Assembly: GCA_013265495.1 (NCBI GenBank)
Contig: MU061527.1
Span: 434,001 to 498,000, forward strand
Direction: 5' to 3'
Source of the DNA: Vicugna vicugna
Taxonomy: Eukaryota
DNA: 64,000 nucleotides
A program made the translations under genes and the position numbers. The notes beneath the pieces were generated by a model. It was not told where the DNA came from. It saw only the letters and a program-made list of their open reading frames with translations, and made no database searches. This document shows positions 49,171 to 62,135 of the stretch, piece by piece; the first letter of the stretch is position 1; each line of letters starts with the position of its first letter.

Positions 49171-49839
49171 GACTCGTTACTCTGTGCTTCTGGAAGCCAA
49201 GCATCAGGTCCCCGCATGTGGGTCATTTCTGCACCTTCTGGCACAAATTCCAGGCCTCCGTTCTTTGCAGGCAAAGACAAGAGCTGGGGCCAGGGTTCCG
49301 GGGCTCGCAGTCTTGGGCCCCTCATCTGCAAAGTGGGGAGAGAAGGCGCTCCCAGGAGGACGTGGTGACCCGCAGGACACCAGCTCCTCCAGGCCCAGTT
49401 CCAGCCCAGGAATGTTTCTCCTCCAGGTCTGGCCTCAGGCCTGACTCCTGACACCGGGCAGTAAATAACTTTCCATTTGATCACCTCTCTTTTGGCCGAT
49501 CTTCTGCTCAGGGGAAAGTGGGCGTGACCCCCGTCAAGGCCCCACCCACCTCCTCTAGCACGGGCAGCGCTGGGAGGGAGGGGGTCCGGCATGGGGGCAG
49601 CTACGCCTTTACCCAGAGCCCCCACTGAGCCCCAGGCAGTTACACCTGTGCCGTCAGCCTCCTGGCAGCCTCTCGGGCCAGAAGCTTCATCCCAGACATT
49701 TTCCCTGCCTTTGGGTCCAGACCTCAAAGCCCTGATGGGAAGACTGAGGCCAGCGGGGGCAGGGATTGGGTCCCGCGACGCACAGCGCGGGCAGAGGTCA
49801 GGGCCCGCTCTGCTGGTCTGGCTGGACCGGGTCCGTGTA

Positions 49840-50400
49840 GGAGGGACGGGGGCCGCTCCCCTGATGCGCCTCTGCCTGGAACGCAAGGAGACAGGCCCAG
49901 AGACGCCGATGGGCTGGCGCAGGCCGCCCAGCGCGGGGGAGATCTGGTTCCGGCGGGGGAAGAAAGCGGCTCTTGCGCCGGCCTGGGCCTGCTTTGGGAG
50001 CGGGCGCCCTGGGTCAGCTGGGGAGCGAGCTCGCGCCGCCCGCGGGCATCTGCATGACAAAGGCGCGCGCCGGTGGGAGCGGCCGAGCGCAGCCCGCCCG
50101 CTGCCGCAGCTGCCCCGCTAAGCTGCCTGCCCCGCGCCCGCCGCCCGCCGCCCGCCGCCCGCCGGAGATTTGGGGGCGGGGGCGGCCCGGGAGCGCGGCG
50201 CTCAGCTGTGTTTGCTCGGGGGGCGCCGCGCGGGGCGGCGGGGCTGGGGCGCGGGACAAAGGCCGGGTCTGACCGACCCCGCAGGTGGTGAGGGGGAGGG
50301 GAGGGGAGGGCCCGGGACCTGAGCCCTCAGGCTGCGTCCCCAGCCGCACGGACCGCCCGTCGTCGCCTCCCCGGCCTGCGTTCCGGAGCTGCTTCCAGCC
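49840..50400. promoter_or_regulatory. Orphan CpG island
   Basis: Dense CpG, (CCGC)n, GC boxes; no recognisable coding exon nearby. Confidence 0.75.
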
Positions 50401-50459
50401 CCTTCCCTGGAACCTGAAATGACAAATGCTATCAGCATCCATCCATCCATCCTTGGCTG

Positions 50460-51370
50460 CTAGGAGCCACTGTCCTCACTTGCATCTGCACTGGCCCCCC
50501 ACCCCATCCAGTCCCAGGTGGGGTCCCCTCTGCTCCCAGCCTCCTCTCTCCAGCCTCTTCCTCTGCGTGTCCATCTCAGTTTCACATCCACCCTGAACCA
50601 GCTTTCTCCACCTCCCCATCTTCCAGGCGCCTGGACCAAACCTGGACATCTTCTTGACATCTCTCTGTGCCCGCCAGACCTTCAGCATCTGCCTAGAATC
50701 TAACTGGCTTCTACCAGCCCCTACCGCCCTGGGCAGCCCCTAGTGCTGCCCAGACTGTTGGAGTAGCCTCCTTCCTGCTCTCCCAGCTTCTGCCCCAGCA
50801 GCAGCCACAGGCTCCTGTGGAAATGGAAGTCAGACCTCGCCTCTCCTCTGCTCCACGTCCTCCCTTGGCTCTCACCTTTCCTCGTCTCAGAGGGAAAGCT
50901 GAAGCCCTCACAGCCGCCACGAGGCCCACCTGATTTCCTTCCAAACCTGCCTCCCCACCTCCCTGACCCAAACCTCTAGCTATTCCTGAGCAGCCAGGTC
51001 CCAGGGCCTTTGCACTGGCTGTTCCCCTGCTTGCATCACTTCACCCTGATATCTGTGTACCTCACTTCCTTGTATCCTTCAAGCCTTTACTCCGATGCCA
51101 CCTCCTCAGGGAGGCCCTCCTTGACCACTCCATCTACAATGCCAATTTCCTGCCTCCCTCTTGGTCCTGTTTTCTCTCCTGGCCTTCTGGCTACACAGCA
51201 CTCCTATGTGGTGCTCACTCATTTGTTCATTTTCTGTCCCGCGTGGATGGTAAGAGGCACCCGGGCAGAGGCTGTCTTTTTTGTCCTCTGTTGTGACCTC
51301 CAAACCTAGCACTGACACTGGTACACAGAGGTGTTCATGAACATCTGCTGAATAAATGGACAGATTAAGC
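50460..51370 (+). mobile_element. Long L2 fragment
   Basis: CATCTCAGTTTCACATCC, CCCAGGGCCTTTGCACTGGCTGTTCCC, CCTCCTCAGGGAGGCCCTCC, ending CATCTGCTGAATAAATGGA. Confidence 0.85.
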
Positions 51371-51374
51371 ACTT

Positions 51375-51500
51375 AACCCTCCATGGCAGCCTGTAGGACA
51401 GGCGCTGTTATTGTCTCCATTTCACAGATGGAAGCACTGAGACACAGATAGCGCAGGCAGCCTGCCCGAGGTCACACAGCGAGGAGGTCTGGGAGGCAGG
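51375..51500. mobile_element. MIR fragment
   Basis: TATTGTCTCCATTTCACAGATGGAAGCACTGAG...CTGCCCGAGGTCACACAGC. Confidence 0.8.
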
Positions 51501-51524
51501 GCATGACTCCAGGCCCCCCTCCCT

Positions 51525-51775
51525 AGTGAGGTCTCAAACCAGAGGCCACAAGCTGGTGGTTTTGGCCCCCAGAAAGGTTTCTGTGGCTTACAGTTTCTGA
51601 AAAAGTTGAAACAGTTGTGGCCATTTGAAAAATCAGGAGGTTTTGTATAAAAACTTAGATTTCCAGCTTTCTTGCAAAATTGGAACCTCTGGCCAAAATT
51701 GGGTCCTCAGTTCCACAGGCAACTGTGGGCTGAAGATGGGCCCCCAGCTACGCCTCAGACGGGGTTGGGGGGATT
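51525..51775 (+). mobile_element. MER102-like hAT-Charlie element
   Basis: CATTTGAAAAATCAGGAGG...ATAAAAACTTAGATTTCCAGCTTTTCTTGCAAAATTGGAAC resembles the recalled MER102 core. Confidence 0.65.
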
Positions 51776-54312
51776 CCTTGCCCAGCTGCCTCCTTGTCAT
51801 TCAGGTCTCAGCCCAAAGGTCACCTCCTCAGAATAGCCCTCCCTGATTACTCTGGCTAGTGATCATTATCTGAAATCACTTCATCCATTTCTTTGGTGCG
51901 TACTGCTCCTCTTCCCCAGTAGAATGGCTGCTCCAGGAGGGCAGGGCCCGGGTCAGTCTTGCCCATCTGTCCAGGACAGCGCCTGCCCCTACGGGCATTG
52001 GGTGCATACCTGTTGACTGACCGAATGACTGAACGAAGGACCTAGTTCTAGGCGAGTCCCCCAGGCACCGAGTCCTCACACTTGTGCACAGCAGCCCTCG
52101 GCAGGCTCTCCCGGCTGGGATGGGGCAAGGTCACAGGCCTCTTGCCGGGAACACAAGCATCACTGGTTTCTGGCTCTGTGATGACCTTGAGAGGCATGGA
52201 ACCCCTCCCACTGCAGTGGCTAGCTCCCCAGCTCCCTGGGCGCCCGCCACAGACAAGGAGCCGTGAGGCTCTCGGGTCAGCACCAGGGTCGTCCTCCTGG
52301 TGTCCCAAATGCAGCTTGGCCACCACCTGCTCATCAGCCTTGCTCCTGGTCAGGCCACGGGGCCGTTGACCTTTCAGGAGGCAAAGGGACTCGAGCTCCA
52401 GGCCCGGCTCTGTCCACGTCTCCCCGTGTGACCTTGAGCAACTTAACTCACCTTCTGAAACCCTGTTTCCTCCTCTGTAAACGTGACCTCTGCCCTGGCC
52501 TGAGACCTGGAGAGTCCTGGGGGCTTACACTGGCCACCGGCACGCGGCAGGCGCTCAGGACGGCAGCAGCCCCCATCCCGCAGGCGCCCTCCTCGGTCGG
52601 CAGCCCAGGTGTGCGGACTCATGGAGCCCAGGCCACGACTGTCAGTCCTCCTCACGGGCAGTCAGCGTCTGGGAGCCTGTGTGCTCAGTGTGTGACCTCG
52701 GGTGACTTGCAACCACGTGTGTGGATGTGTGTGAGTGAACACGTGTGTGGGTGTGTGTGATAGTGGGGGGCAAGGTGCCTGGAGTGTCCTGGCCGGTCCT
52801 CACTGGCCAGGGCGGGCGGGTGGGAGCAGACTGGCCCGGCCTGCCAGACAGCCCCAGGGGCAGGAGTCTACTGGGGCCCTGCTGACGGGCCTGCTGGTCA
52901 GCCTGAGCTGGAAGGGACTGGTTGGTGTGGGGGGAGGGGGAGCTGCCCCCAGGGTGGCCAGCTCCCAGGACCGGGCCCTGCTGGTCCTGCTCTAGGTCCC
53001 TGGACCAGCGTGCAGAGCGGGAGGCAGCCCTGGGAGCCTCTCCTCTGACCATCCCAGCTGCATCGCAGCTTCCCAGCCCCACATGAGCACCACGTTCTGC
53101 ACGCACGGGACCATCACCCCACTGGAGTGGGTGCCTGGTGAGGGCAGGGACCCTGTCACGGTCACGGCCATGTGGCCATGAGACACCATGGGTTCATTCA
53201 GCACGCGCCCAGCCCCTCCGTATTTGCTGATAGGATGAGGAGGCTGGGGAAGACGTGGCCACTGGCCACCCACAGCGGCAGCGTCTGAACCTGTCCCTGA
53301 GCCCCAGGTGTTGCACGACCCCCATCCCCCACTTCCTGAGGGGCTCTGAGAGACACGCAGGGCCTCCACGCAGCCACGCTCTGCATGCGGAGCCGTTTGT
53401 GACCTTCAGCCTCAGAGCAAAATGAATCTCTGCATGCCCCTCCCGGGAATCCAGGCTCAGCAGGAGGCGGTCTTCCATGCGCCCCACCTCTGAGGGGTCC
53501 TGAGGGCCTCAGGCTCACTGAGCAGAAAGATCCATGCCCCACCGCGTCCCCACGGGCTCCCTGGGGCCACGTGCCCACAGAAGGCCTCCCTCGGCCTGTC
53601 TCTGGTCCAGGGGAGAAGGACTTGCCTGGCCAGCGGGGAGCACGGCAGAGACCCCAGGAGAAGCTGTCCTCCTTGCTGCACCTCGGGATCCGGGAGGAGC
53701 CGAGGAGGGAGCTGGGCCCTGGGCACAGCGTGGACCAGGGGACCGACAGCCCCAGGAGGCTGCCTGCCTGGCCCTGTTTCTTGAAGCGTCGAGCCTGGGA
53801 CAGAGGCACAGAGACAGAGCGACGGAAAAGCGGGGAAAGAGACACACTCTGGCATTAGCCAGGGATGGCCGTGGGCCAGGCAGCCCGCAGTCTTCCCGGA
53901 TCTGGACTCAGAACGCCACCTGTTAACCCCCAGCCCAGACTGGCTTCAGGTGACACTCCAGACCGCCCACTGTGTGACTGACTGGGCGCACACCTGCAGA
54001 GGTGGCACAGGGGGTGACCGGTGGCCGGGACAGGCGTGGAGAGTGTGGAAGCAGGTCACCACCCACCTCCGTGTATGTCAGGTGTTTGGAGGTGACCCCG
54101 GGTGTCCGTGACCGCATCCATGTCCCTGTGCGAATGTGTGCGGTGCTCAGCCACACCGTGGCCAGCCCGAACCTCAGAGACCTGTGTCGCCGTGACCCCA
54201 GCCCCTGAGCCCGGAGCCCCGGCTGGCCACCCGGGTGCCTTTGTCCATTTCTGAAGTGACAAGAGACACACAAAAGGGCTTTTAATTAAATCAAAGGAGG
54301 GGGAAACGGGCC

Positions 54313-54476
54313 NNNNNNNNNNNNNNNNNNNNNNNNNNNNNNNNNNNNNNNNNNNNNNNNNNNNNNNNNNNNNNNNNNNNNNNNNNNNNNNNNNNNNNNN
54401 NNNNNNNNNNNNNNNNNNNNNNNNNNNNNNNNNNNNNNNNNNNNNNNNNNNNNNNNNNNNNNNNNNNNNNNNNNNN
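54313..54476. other. N-run (164 nt) inside a motif-rich unique segment
   Basis: Flanked by TTAATTAAATCAAAGG on the left and TGTTATGCAAAT on the right. Confidence 0.9.
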
Positions 54477-55049
54477 TTGTGGAGTGTTATGCAAATGCTG
54501 CACGGCCAGAAGGAAGGGCCCGCAGCGCCACCGGGCAGGCAGCAGGGGCAGCTGGGCAGGCCACTCGCTCAGGGCTGGCCTGGCCCCTGTGGACACAGAC
54601 AGAGTCACAGCCAGGCCCCCTGTCCAGGCCCTGTGTGATCAGGGAGGCTGCTGGCCTGTCCTGGGCCTGCCAGCCAATAGCAGGACCCCCGAAGGTCGTC
54701 CAGATGGTACCTGGGCCTTCAGTGGCTGCTGGCTGCTCTCCTGCAGGTGTGTGCGGGGGTGTGCACGTGTGTGCTCGCGAGGCCTTCGGAAGGCCGGCTG
54801 CACGTGTGGCTGGGCCACTGGCGGCTGCACTGGTCCACCGTCTGTGACATGTCGTGTGCCAGTGCACACAGTGCCCGGGGGCACCTGCAGGGTGGCCCTG
54901 CCAGCTTTGCGCCCACTGCCGGCCCTGAGCACACTGCATCATTTCTCAGCGCCTCAGTTTCTCCATCTGTCAATGGGGAAAATACTACGAGTCTCGCGGG
55001 GAGGATTAGACGCGGAGTAAATGGCTAGTAGGCGTGAGGGACGAGCACC

Positions 55050-55330
55050 TTCCTGCACAAGCAGATCGAGAGCCACGCCAGCCGTGCGTATAGTTTCACA
55101 TTTTAATAGCTATGCTAAAAAAGGAAAATGAAAACAATTTTTATACTTTAGTTAATCTAGTATGTCCAAAATACTACCATTTCAACATGTGATCAACCTA
55201 AAACCTGGTGGCCGGGCAGTTTAGATTCATTTTTCACACTCAGCCTTTGAAGTCCGTGTGTGCTAGACCCTCAGGCGACTCTGACCCCACCGGCCACATT
55301 CAGGAGGCCCTCACAGGCTGAGCCGGAGGC
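55050..55330 (+). mobile_element. MER33-like hAT-Charlie element
   Basis: TATGTCCAAAATACTACCATTTCAACATGTGATCAA...TTTTTCACACTCAGCCTTTGAAGTCCGTGTG...GCCACATTCA. Confidence 0.75.
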
Positions 55331-56569
55331 CCCCCGGGGGGCCAGGCCTCCCGGGCCTGCAGGTGACTTTCTGGGAGGAAGACCCCTGTCCCACGGTGCT
55401 GGGGGAGCAGGGCCTGGGGGTTGAGCCTCCTGAATTCAGCCCCGGGGGCAGGGGCACCCAGAGCGGGGTGGCCAAGACTGGGGTCTCGCGGGCCTGGCAA
55501 GACAGCACCGCAAACGTCCCCCAGCCGGTGCTGTTCCCCCACGTTCTTGGCTGGGCCCCTGCCCTGGCTCGTGCATCCCCTGACCTGACCTGTTGCACAC
55601 ACGGGGTGGCCGACCCCGCTGCACCCGCTCGCCTGTGCTGGGCCGGCCTTGGACGTGCGGGCCGCTCCTGCCCTCTGTCGGAGCCCAGCGGCATCGCAGC
55701 GCCCACGGCTCCCCGGGGCTGGGCGGGGTCTGTCCCCGCCCTGCAGACCGCCACGCCCCCTGCCCACTGCCAGGCTCGATGGTGCCCAGACGTTTCCCAC
55801 TGCCAGCTGCAGGGCAGGTGGGAGGGCAGAGGCTCAGGCAGGGCCAGTCACTCGCCCTGGGTCATGCAGCAGGACCACAGGGCAGGGCCCCAGGTTGGAA
55901 CCCCGGTGGTGAGCACGCTTCTGTGGGTCCCACTGGGCTCATATCCCGGCTTTGCCCGCTGTGGCTGTGGCCCTGAGATAGTTGACACTGCTTTGAACCT
56001 CAGTTCCCCACTGTAAGTGGAGGTGACAGTAATCCCTTTGCTTAGGGTTGTGTATGATGAAGCAGGGGGATGTCTCTGACGGCACAGTTAGTACCCAGGA
56101 AATCCGTCACATCACAGCACCGTAACAGGGCGAGCTTGCCCCAGGGCCTTGGTACCTGCTCAGCCCCTGGGTCTTGATTTGGAAGGCTCCACCCCGCTCT
56201 TTGTCTCCATCCACACCCTCCTGGTGAGGGGGACCTCACTGGGCTCTCCCTCCTTCCTGTCACCCTGCTTCACACCCTCAGAGCCCCATTGCCAGCCCAC
56301 ACGAGCCTGTGCGTGCAGGAGTTTTCTTTGTTCTTATCGGCTTCTCCTGTTGGACTGGCAGGCCCAGGAGGGCAGCCCCTTGCCTACCCTAGCCACAGCC
56401 ACCTGTGGCCCAGCACAGCACCGGGCCTACGTGGGTGCCTGATAAGAGGGTGGTGGTTGGAAGGGCAAGGACACGGTGTCGGGAGGGAAAGCAGCTTGGC
56501 GGTGACACGGAGGGGAGGTAGCCACTGCGTCTCACACGGCCCAGCGTGCCACACCTCGGTGCTTGCTGA

Positions 56570-56975
56570 AGAGAAATAACTTAGGTTCACACAAGGATCC
56601 TTAGGTGAATGTTTGTAGCAGCTTTATTCATAATTACCCCAAACTGGAAACCACCCAGCTGTCCCCAGCTGGTGAACACCTGTGCGGTGGGCTAGTCACA
56701 GCGGCAGCAGGCACCGCTGTCCTGGGACCGGTGCAGACGGACCCAGAGGCCAGACACGACTACGTTTAAGTGACAGTCAGACGACTCACAACTCTAGGGA
56801 CACCAACCTGACCAGCGATGGCCAGGGGGGAGAAGGCGCAGGGCGTGAAGGCTTCGGAGGGCAGCGACTCTTCAGTATTTTGACTGTTGCGGGGGGTGTC
56901 GCACAAGTGAATGTGGTAGAACTGTACATTTAAAAGGGTGATTGTTACTCTGTGACAGACAATGATTTTTGAAGA
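56570..56975 (+). mobile_element. L1MC/MD-like 3' end
   Basis: GAATGTTTGTAGCAGCTTTATTCATAATTACCCCAAACTGGAAACCACCCA...GAACTGTACATTTAAAAGGGTGA. Confidence 0.8.
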
Positions 56976-57587
56976 CAGAGTTGCAGACCTTCAGGGTCTC
57001 GGATCGATTCAGTGCCACCGGCTTCCTGGAGAGAAAGAAGGAGCAGGGGAGGAGTCCCGATGGCCGAGCTTGGACCCCAGTCCGGGAAGTCAAAGGAGGG
57101 GCTGGTTCCCTGCCTTCCCCCATAGGAGTCGTCCTGGCCCCCGTGGAGACGGCGGGGCAGGGGCTCTGCAGAGGGGGACACAATAGCCCGGAGGCTCCAC
57201 CGCAGAGCCTGGAGGTCCCTGTGGCTTCTTGCTTCCCGCGCCGGTGACGGTGCCTGGGACTCACTGTGCTATGCTCTGTGCGTCTCCCCGTGTTTGAACT
57301 ATTTCCTTGATAAACACGACAGATGATAAAACATTTGAAACAAGAGCAACATGAGTCCCACTGCAGAATCCCGCCAGCCTCCCCCGCAGCCCCGGGAGCT
57401 GCGGGTCCCCAAGGGCGCCAGGAGCTGGCGGGGTCCCCGGTGTGGCTCCTTCCCCACCCATCCTGGTCTTCATCCCCCCGGGAGTGGGCGCTGGTCCCCT
57501 GCCCAGCAAGGCCCTGGGCAGGGCCCGCTGGCACAGGGCTGCCACCAAGGCCTGGCCGTGAGGACAGTCGCAGGACAGCCGTCGGGT

Positions 57588-58630
57588 TTTAAACCATTTT
57601 TTTTGAGATATCACTCACATGCCATAAAGCCCCCACGTAAACTGTGCAGTTCGGTGGTTTCAGCATGTTTACTGAGTGATGCAACCGTCACCACAATCTA
57701 AGTTTAGAACGTTTAGTCCCCAAAAGGGAGTGCCACGCCCGCTAGCGGCCACGCCCCCCTCCGGCCTCCCCAGCCCCTGGCGCCACGCAGGTGCTTTCTG
57801 CGACTCTGGACCCGCCTCCCGGGGATGTCTGTGTGAAGGGAGTCACACAGTAAGTGGCTCTGCTGCCCGGCTGCTTCACCGGGCGCCGCGCCTCCGAGGC
57901 CCGCCTGAGCTGGGTGTGCACAGGGGTCGCCTCCCTTTCCGCGGCTGATCGAGCCTCGGGTGTGCAGCGCCCACACTTTGCTTGCCTTCCCACTTTTCGG
58001 CTGTGCTGAATCACTGCCCTGATACTCGTGTGCAAGCTTCTGGGTGGGCCTCTGATTTCAGCGCTCTTGGGTACAGACCCAGGAGTGGAGCTGCCGCGTC
58101 ACACGGTAACGGCCTTGCCTTGGGTTTGCTTTTCTAACAGCCTATTGCCACGTGACGCACCACATAATTCACCCCTGGAAGGCACAGGCTCTGGTACCTC
58201 AGAGCTGTTCGCCCGCCAGCACGGCCACTTCCAGCTCATTCCATCACCCCAGAAAGACCCCGAACCTCCTGCTGCCCCCACCCTCGTCCTCCCTCCGTCC
58301 CGAGCCCCAGGGACCCCCACCCGCTTTCCGGCTCCGCACACGGGCCTGTTCTGGACGGCTCACGTCCGTGGAGCCCACAGGACGGGACCTTCCGCGCCTG
58401 CTCTTCCGCTCAGCACGAGGTCTTCAAGGCCCACCCACGCGGCATAGTGCGTGAGCACTCGCTCCTCTTTACTATTACCATGTTGTCACTGAGTAACACC
58501 GCACGTAAGTGTCCCAGGGAGTAATATCCCAGGCGAGTGAGGCCGCACCGCACTTCCTTTACCTGCTCCTCAGCTGATAAACATCAGCATTGCCCCACTT
58601 TTGGCAATAGCTCCGTCCCCCTCTTTAGGA
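57588..58630 (-). mobile_element. Two adjacent L1MB/MD-like 3' fragments
   Basis: TTTTTTGAGATATCACTCACATGCCATAAA...TGCAACCGTCACCACAATCTAAGTTTAGAAC; GGAGTGGAGCTGCC; CACCACATAATTCACCC. Confidence 0.75.
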
Positions 58631-61599
58631 AACACCCCGGCTGTTTTCCCAGGTGGCTGCCTGGAGCATTCAGTGAGCGCCTGCTGTGTGCCCGGTTCAT
58701 TGTCACCACTACCCAGAGAGGCAGGTCCCCAACAGTCGTTTCATCTTGTGTGGCACAGAGAGGGTGAGGCACTTGCTCCGGGCCTCGCTGGGTCCCAGAT
58801 CTGTCTGCCTTTAAAAGCAGGACTGCTGTGGTGGGCGGGGTCTGGGAATCAACCAGCCAGGGGTCGTGTGACCACTGCACGCTGGTGGCCTGTGGAATTT
58901 GCAGGAAGGCTCTGGATGCTAACTCTCGCTGGAGGCCAGCCTATGACTCCCAGACACGGTGGCCAGGGTGGCAACTGTCCCTGCCCTCCTGTGAGTCCTT
59001 CCTCAGGGGACAGGCTGTTCCAAGCTACCCAAGGCCCCGGCAAGTGTGCAGGAAGCTTTGGTCCAATTATTGGTCCAAGCGAATCAATGAACAGATGAGC
59101 AAAAGGCAGCAGCCAATAGCACCCAGGGCATTTCAGGGTGAGGGCGAGGCCAGGGGACCAGGGTTCTGGGCCCAGTTTCTTGGAGGCACTGGCCTGGGGA
59201 GCCAGTCTGCAAGGCTGCCTGGGAGGAGAGCCCTGGTGCTGCCCTCAAGTCCCTGCAGGTGAACCCGGGCCCTGGAGACAGCAGAGCTGGGGACAGACGG
59301 CAGAACGGGGGGCTCCAGAGTGTCCCCCAGAGATGGCTCGGCTCTGGGCCCCAGAGTTGCCGCTCGTCTCGGCTGTCGTTCGGTCGGGAGAGCGTGGAGG
59401 GGCCTCCCTGGGCCTGGAGGTGTAAGCAGAAGCTGGCCTTGGAGGGGTGCGGCCATGGTGGGCCCTGCCCAGCACCAGGGGCCCGGGCTCAGAGGCCTGA
59501 TGGAGCCCCCGACCATGTGGTGTCGGCAGGTGGGCCGGGGAGGAGTGGTCGGGGGTCTGCAGGGCAGCCCGGCCCCTCAGCCCTGTGGCGATGGTGAGAT
59601 AGGCCAAGGCCACTGGGCCGCCGCCCGGAGGAATGTGCCCACCCTCTGCTCGTAAAGCTGCTCTTGCTCCTCCTGTGTGTGCGGGAGGTCGTCCAGAGGT
59701 CGCCCTCAGGAGAAGCCGGCACAAGAGCCATGACGGCCAGCTCCAGGCCCTCCTAAGGCCAGGCTGTTGCTGACCTGGGCAGGGAGCGGAGTCAGGGTCT
59801 GGCTTCTTGCGGGGCGTGGGTCTCAGGGGCTATGCCCAGCTGAGCCGAGTTCAAATTCTCGGGGATCTTGGGGGCCCTGCCAGAGGTCACACGTAACGCA
59901 GCCCCTGGGCCCTTGGACGGCGAGGACAAGATGTCAGGAGGCCACCGGCGAGACGCCGGCCCCCAGGTCCTGTGCTCCCACCGCTCTCACGGGGCCCTGG
60001 AGTCAGGATCTGCCCAGCAGTGGGGTGAGCCTTCGCTTGCCGGTGGACAAGAGCTCGCTCCGAGGTGAGCTGGGACCCTGTGCTCAACCTGGTCACCTCG
60101 TATGGGGCTGGGCCTCGGCCGCGGGTGGGCCCCGAGAGCATGGAGGTGGCAAGGTGGCCCCCCCAGTGCACCCTGCCGAGGACAGGATGCCGCACCAGCT
60201 CCAGGGGACACGGCCGCGGGTGGGCCCCCTCAAGCCCCGCTCTGGCCCTCCTGGGACTGGGCGGGCCTCTCTCAGGGGCGTCAGGAGGACCGGCACCAGG
60301 GCCGCCGCTTTCTGGAGGCTGCATCTGCGACTGTGCTTGGGGTACCGCCAGCAGAGCGTGCAGAGTGGCGAGTGGGGGCCCAGGCCGGAGAGGAGGGGCG
60401 CACCTCCTGGCTCCGGTGCGTATCACCTGCAGGGAAGTCCTGTGTCAGTTCCAGGTGGGGCTCAGTTAGCTGTGCCTGGGGCGGCAGGAGGCGGGGCTCT
60501 GAGGAAGGGCCTGCAGGCGGAGGGAGTCGGGCCTTCCCCTTCTCCCCTCGGTACTCTTCTGCCACCTCCTCTGGCTGTCCGGACACCAGACTACCAGACT
60601 ATCCGGGGAAACTGCGAGCCACAACCTCACCCTTCCTGCTGTGGACAGGGTGGCAGGAGAGCCCTCGGCAGCGAAGTGCCCTCTGAGCCCCATGGCACCA
60701 GGACCCGGGCTCAGCAGCCTTGCGTCTGCGGAGCGCAGGCTGGGCGCCTCTAGGCCCACCTTGGGCACATGGGGGTCCTGAGCCTCGGGGAGGCCGCCCT
60801 CTCCCGGGGAGGCTGCGGGCCCAGGGGCCGCCCCACCCCCAGCCCACCTGCCAGGTTGAGTCCTCTTCCCGGCAGGGGCTGTTCTGTGTGCAGTGAGGAA
60901 GGAAATTGCAAATTAATCTTTATTTCCATCTTGGAAGAAAACCTTAATTCTCTGCATTGAAATGATCCTCGTCATCCCAGGGAATCAAGTGTGGGCTTTA
61001 ATTGCAGTCAGCCTGGGCCAGTCAGAGCCGGGCAGGCCCGCGGGACCCCCTCCCTCCTCCCTTCCCTGTGTTGGGCCTCCTGGGGTGCATTCCGGGGCCT
61101 CTGTATCCCTCTGGCTCTCGCTCCTTCCTCTCTGTCTCTCCTGGAGGCTGTCTCTTCCCCTTTCTCACTGTCTTTCTCTCGGGCCGTCCCTGCAGCACAG
61201 GGCTCAGCATGCACCTCCAGCTCTGACAAGTCCCCCGAGGGCTGTCTGGCCCCAGCCTCTTCCTGCAGCCTGTCTCTGGCCTCTGGGCTACAGCTTTGAG
61301 GGTGGGCCGAGGTGGCTGAGTTACTGGCTGTCCCTGACCCATAGGGGCTCCTCAGGGGTCACCTGCTGGTCCTGGCCCCACCCCATTGCCAACAGTCTCA
61401 GGGCAGGAGCTGCTCTGGTCCAGGGCCCAGGAGGGGTCCAAGGCTGACACGCAGGAGTGTTGGGCCTTGCCCCTCAGGGGTGGCCTGCTGTCTGCTGACT
61501 CAGGACTGACCAGGGACCTGGTCTTCAGGACATGAGGGCCAAGTGGCTGTGCACGCCAGGGTGTGCATGACCCTCACTGCTGTCCACACTTCGTGCTGC

Positions 61600-62135
61600 A
61601 TCTCTCCTCCAGGGCCAATGCATTGATACCGCCTATTTGAACAAAATTAGAGCACAGAAGGCAAGGCCAGGGCGCCCCTGCCCACCCCGCCCTTCCTAGC
61701 CCCTGCTGAAGGCAGCCACCAGTTTGGAGTGCACCCTTGCACGCCTCTTTCTATGCACTTAGATGCACATTCCTATATTCAAAAGGCACACACGACATCA
61801 CGCTACGGAACTTCTGCTCGGTGTAAAAGGTACCATTGTCGGGAGCTTCCTTCCCTGTTCTGGGGTTCTACGCACAGGACAGCAGGGTGCTCCTGTGACA
61901 CCCCCTACCGTTTGGGAGTCCAGCCTGTTTCTCCGGCCTGTGCACACGTGTGATCGAGCCCACAGGGCGTTCGCTTTTCGTGTGCGAAAGGGGCGGCCGT
62001 GCGAGCCACCCCGTCAGCACACTGACCGCTCCCGTCACCCCACCTCTGCACAACACTCAATATTGTCAGACTTTCAAATTTACTGGCTCGATCAATGCAA
62101 AATGGTATTTCCTTGCTGCTTTAATTTGTAAGGGG
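61600..62135 (-). mobile_element. L1ME-like fragment
   Basis: TTGAACAAAATTAGAGCACAGAAG..., CTCAATATTGTCAGACTTTCAAATTT...AAAATGGTATTTCCTTGCTGCTTTAATTTG. Confidence 0.7.
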
